DNA from: a virus | IMG/VR virus record: IMGVR_UViG_3300028802_000002 | Span: 1-44,517 of that record | Length of the DNA: 44,517 bases | Strand: one strand, 5' to 3' | In this document: positions 41,244 to 44,517 of the stretch, one piece after another | Layout: every line of letters starts with the position of its first letter | Position numbering within the stretch: position 1 is the stretch's first letter | The notes under the pieces: model-generated | The model's input: only the letters and a program-made list of their open reading frames with translations | Told to the model about the DNA's origin: nothing | Database searches by the model: none | Position numbers and translations under genes: made by a program

Positions 41244-43787
41244 TCACATACGGAAACGACTGTTCACGTTTCCGCGCCACAGCTTAGCTCCTAGTAATTC
41301 GGATTCGTTCACACCGAAGTCATCCTCAGTGAATACAAATCGGGATTCTAGCGGCACGCCGATTGCTTCGCTCATCTTATCAGTTAGTGTCCCAATCTTG
41401 TATTTAAATCGGTGAAATCTGCCCCCATTAGTTACCCACGGCTCGAGAAGTCCCGCGCTGTTAAATTCGTCCAGCACGTAGCGAGGCTGGACATGCTTTA
41501 TATGCATCGAATTGCAAACATCAATCACCCGCTTATTAAATTCGGCTGCGGTGAACGGCGCTGATATGTCTAGATCTTCCCAGATGCGACCTTCCTCCAC
41601 GATGAATTTCGCCACCCGCCTGGGGTAAGACATGTTGGATTCCATGATGTGAGAATCACTGCCACTCGACATAGCGACGTTCTCAACGTCGTGGCGGTTC
41701 ACTTTCATGGTGTTGAATATGTGCATGAAGTGCTCCCTTACATCCATGCGGCGAATAAACTGGTTGAACTCGTCAAAGAATGGCTTAAGTGTGATCGCCC
41801 AAATTCTGAATTCCGATTCGGTCTTGTTCATGAAGTCCCTGTCGTAGGTCTTCATATAGAACAACGCACGGTCCTGCGTATTCGCCTGTCCGATATTCAT
41901 ATCAAATCGATTGGAAGCAAATATAACTCGGGCAAAAATTCTATGGGTCTTCGAAGACTGGAACTTCTCTGCGCCGCCCATTCGGTCAGACCGGATCAGT
42001 TTCTTAATTTCGTCAGTGCTTGATTCCGTATGGAACTTCGCCTCGTCTATGAACACAAACATTTTGTTTATGAACGGCTCGACAGAGAACGCGCCTTCCA
42101 AAACTTTGGGCGATGCAGAACCCCATTGGTTCTGAAATAGCTGCTCCAAGAATATGTTGCCGAAGAAAGATTTTCCGACACCCTGTCCCCCCACGAAAAC
42201 AGGTGCTATTTGCTGCTTCTGTCCAGGATTCTGGACTGTCCATGCTATCCATTGTTTCAACCACCTTACTTGGGTTGGATTATCTTGACTTAGATAAGCA
42301 AATAACTGGTCCACCATAGAAATGCATTTGGCGGCCAGCTTGTCATCTAGGTTCTTGGTAGGCAGAATGGGCCAGCCGCGCCACGTGTTGAACATAGTTA
42401 GCGTGCCCATTTCGGAGTCTTGGTCGTCCGGGATAACGTCCCCGGAACGTGTCATCCTGAAGATTGATCCGGGTGGGAAATCAGGGTAGAGATTTCTGCC
42501 GCCAACGCGTCGTCGGAGCGGTGACGTTTCAAATAATTTAAATACAGGTTTGAGCTTGCCTCCAACTTCCATGAGGTCGTTTCGGTGCCGTCGGTCGAGT
42601 GCGGCTCCGTCGTGTGTAAATTCAGAGAGGGTGTAGAATCTATCACGATCGATGTACTTGTCGTCGGTTTCGTCATAGATATAACGGTCCGCCATTTGGG
42701 TAAGTGGGGACACGTCAACCCCTGGCATAAACACGGTTCGCAAGGCCATGATGGATTCGGCACCAACATCTCCCTCAAGACTTGGCCATCCGGGAATACG
42801 TGCATCCGGATTGTTATCGAGTTTCTTGATCGCATCACGGAATACTCTCTTTCTCATGAACAACTCGGGGTCGCTCATTTCGACGCAGATAAACTCCAGC
42901 ATCGATTCGGCTGTATCTTCTGACCCAATCGGGCAGAATGTTCCTTTGGATATACCATCGTTCTCATTAATTCCTTTGGACTCTCGAACCAATCGGGCAA
43001 GCCATCCAGCGACTTTAATAGCCAAATTCTGGCGTCCACCTTCTTGCCAGTGGGGCTGAATGATGTATAAGAACGTCCCAAATGCGATGCCGGTAATGAG
43101 GGTGGAGAATGATACTTTGCGCGACGTTGTAGCTGCAATTTCACTGATGTGCGCTGCTGCTTGGCTTTTCGAGGTATACCAAACCGATACATCGTGTTCG
43201 CCGTGCTGTGTCTTGTGCGCATAAATCGAGCCGGGCATAACGGTTTGGCGGGATTCTCGCACAGTGTTCAGCGTCGCGTTATCTGGAAGCGGAGCCATGG
43301 ATCGTAGCTCGCACTTAAATCGCTTGCTGTTTAGCTTGAATTCTTTGGGTTCAAACTCTTTCATCTGGTCGTAGTTATTCAGATCAGTTTCGTTGAGTTG
43401 AACCATAATGTGAGAAGCTATGCCGCGCGACAATCGCCCAAACGAAAAGCGAGTGTCGATCCCGAGGAACTTGAACGCTTTAAGGATACACGCGTTGTAA
43501 CGTACATCTTCTGCGTCTATGTCAACATCGAGCCAGCCAAACTGTAGATTGAAACCAAGATTGAGCACCCGCATGTCGGGGTTATCAATCCAGTCCTGAA
43601 GATTGGTGTCTCGGAATTTGCGTTTGTACCAGTCCGAAGCAAAAGGATTTTTGCCGGACATTTGCAAGAAAACAGCGCCTACTTGAATAAAATTATTGTT
43701 TATTTGTGCGGTTATTGATCGCTGTTGGTTTATTAGTTGTTCATCGGATTCGTTGAGCGCGAACCCTCCCTTTATGGATTCCATCAT
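41244..43787 (-). CDS. Bifunctional primase-polymerase (AEP) fused to an SF3/D5-like helicase
   Basis: N-terminal 'GWLDVDIDAED' (DxD) with a later His. C-terminal Walker A 'GGQGVGKS' and Walker B 'FVFIDEA'. Confidence 0.85.
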   Translation of the reverse strand: MMESIKGGFALNESDEQLINQQRSITAQINNNFIQVGAVFLQMSGKNPFASDWYKRKFRDTNLQDWIDNPDMRVLNLGFNLQFGWLDVDIDAEDVRYNACILKAFKFLGIDTRFSFGRLSRGIASHIMVQLNETDLNNYDQMKEFEPKEFKLNSKRFKCELRSMAPLPDNATLNTVRESRQTVMPGSIYAHKTQHGEHDVSVWYTSKSQAAAHISEIAATTSRKVSFSTLITGIAFGTFLYIIQPHWQEGGRQNLAIKVAGWLARLVRESKGINENDGISKGTFCPIGSEDTAESMLEFICVEMSDPELFMRKRVFRDAIKKLDNNPDARIPGWPSLEGDVGAESIMALRTVFMPGVDVSPLTQMADRYIYDETDDKYIDRDRFYTLSEFTHDGAALDRRHRNDLMEVGGKLKPVFKLFETSPLRRRVGGRNLYPDFPPGSIFRMTRSGDVIPDDQDSEMGTLTMFNTWRGWPILPTKNLDDKLAAKCISMVDQLFAYLSQDNPTQVRWLKQWIAWTVQNPGQKQQIAPVFVGGQGVGKSFFGNIFLEQLFQNQWGSASPKVLEGAFSVEPFINKMFVFIDEAKFHTESSTDEIKKLIRSDRMGGAEKFQSSKTHRIFARVIFASNRFDMNIGQANTQDRALFYMKTYDRDFMNKTESEFRIWAITLKPFFDEFNQFIRRMDVREHFMHIFNTMKVNRHDVENVAMSSGSDSHIMESNMSYPRRVAKFIVEEGRIWEDLDISAPFTAAEFNKRVIDVCNSMHIKHVQPRYVLDEFNSAGLLEPWVTNGGRFHRFKYKIGTLTDKMSEAIGVPLESRFVFTEDDFGVNESELLGAKLWRGNVNSRFRM

Positions 43788-43817
43788 TCCCCCGTCTCAC
43801 CCCTAAAGAAAATAACT

Positions 43818-43854
43818 GCGGCGAGGGGACTGGCCGGTCCTTGATCCTCGCCGC
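43818..43854 (-). terminator. Terminator-like leader hairpin between promoter P10 and the primase-helicase start
   Basis: The minus-strand RNA reads GCGGCGAGG-N19-CCTCGCCGC, followed by AGUUAUUUUCUUU. Confidence 0.55.
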
Positions 43855-43887
43855 AGGTTTGCACAGGGGGGCGTGCAACTGGTTGTC

Positions 43888-43916
43888 AGTATACCACAGC
43901 CGTGGGCGGCTGTCAA
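43888..43916 (-). promoter_or_regulatory. Sigma70-type promoter P10
   Basis: TTGACA-GCCGCCCACGGCTGTGG-TATACT, 100 nt upstream of the ATG at 43787. Confidence 0.8.
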
Positions 43917-44095
43917 GACGTCTTTCAGGTGTTCGGGATGTTCCGCTTCCCCGTATTAAGCGTACTGTACGCCGTGGGCGCTAGCGCGGGGTGGTGCTGC
44001 AGTGGGTGCCGCTGCGCCCGCCGCACCGCGTATCGTACGCCGGGTCACGGCGGTACCACCCACGGGCACGGGTGCCGTGCGGGTGGCTGGCCGCG

Positions 44096-44437
44096 CTAGT
44101 GGCTTGTGTTTTTTCCTTCAATTCGGTTTAATTCCTCGATCAGCTCATCTCTTAGATCAACAACAAAAGATCCAAGCCATTGATCCTTCGGTACTCTATC
44201 GCCTTCTGGAGTTACTTCGCCCATGCGCTGCGACGCCTCCATTATCATACAACTGATAAGGTGTAGCATCGCATTGCGAACATCGGCGGGGTGGGACTTC
44301 TCGCGTTGCGCATCGTCGAGCCAATGGAAATATGAACGCAGTACCTTGTCTATGACGGTGCAAGCGACGGGTACCGCGTCTGCCTCCTTAAATATAGTGA
44401 TCATGTCATCCATTAGCTTGTCTGTTAATTCTTTCAT
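44096..44437 (-). CDS. Hypothetical protein (113 aa)
   Basis: ATG at 44437 after a GGAG RBS, ATGA-coupled to the stop of the 187-aa gene across the contig junction. Confidence 0.65.
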   Translation of the reverse strand: MKELTDKLMDDMITIFKEADAVPVACTVIDKVLRSYFHWLDDAQREKSHPADVRNAMLHLISCMIMEASQRMGEVTPEGDRVPKDQWLGSFVVDLRDELIEELNRIEGKNTSH

Positions 44438-44517
44438 GTTTGCTCCGTTATTTTTGGCTTATACTTCATCTTGGTGTCAATAACCCAATCGTGGCTCATT
44501 TGTTTAGTGTCACCTAC
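44391..44517. repeat. Terminal overlap, copy 2 (identical to 1..127)
   Basis: Verbatim repeat of bases 1-127. Confidence 0.95.

Overview
This window is a complete tailed dsDNA phage genome. Bases 1-127 are repeated verbatim at 44391-44517, so the contig closes into a circle of 44,390 unique bp. The repeat cuts through two translationally coupled genes, so it looks like an assembly overlap rather than a biological terminal repeat.

Layout:
- Early and replication genes are on the minus strand at 44-6127 and 32890-44437. Two plus-strand single-gene cassettes (3015..3641 and 4852..5073) are embedded in the first block.
- A long plus-strand late operon runs 6431-32893. It encodes an IPT/TIG protein, putative TerS, TerL, portal, scaffold, SU10/P22-like capsid protein, virion proteins, a 1770-aa repeat-rich tail protein, a lysis cassette, a tail-collar fibre and putative internal/ejection proteins.
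- I saw no phage RNA polymerase, integrase, repressor, tRNA or CRISPR array.
- Transcription appears to depend on 14 very uniform sigma70-type promoters (TTGACA, 17-nt GC-rich spacer ending TGTG(G/C), then TAnnnT).

Main observations:
- A shortened adenylosuccinate-synthetase homologue (PurZ-like, P-loop GSTGKG) sits tightly between two small all-alpha proteins; the downstream one is MazG-like. An exo-proficient PolA, a PrimPol-SF3 helicase and an SNF2 helicase lie in the same region. This is the signature of a 2-aminoadenine (Z-base) genome, but no HD-domain DatZ is visible.
- Four dispersed paralogues share a GW(Q/E)GR(L/F)RMTGR domain. Each has its own promoter, and one sits in a GC-rich moron.
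- Two early leaders share a structured hairpin, which looks like a terminator in front of the primase-helicase gene.
- Two ORF-poor regions carry GCGTA-type repeats and are candidate origin or iteron loci.
- The tail protein combines two DUF4082-like modules, an Asp-box (sialidase-like) region, two SPRY-like domains and about 30 tandem 22-aa repeats.

All product calls come from motifs read by eye. No database search was run.
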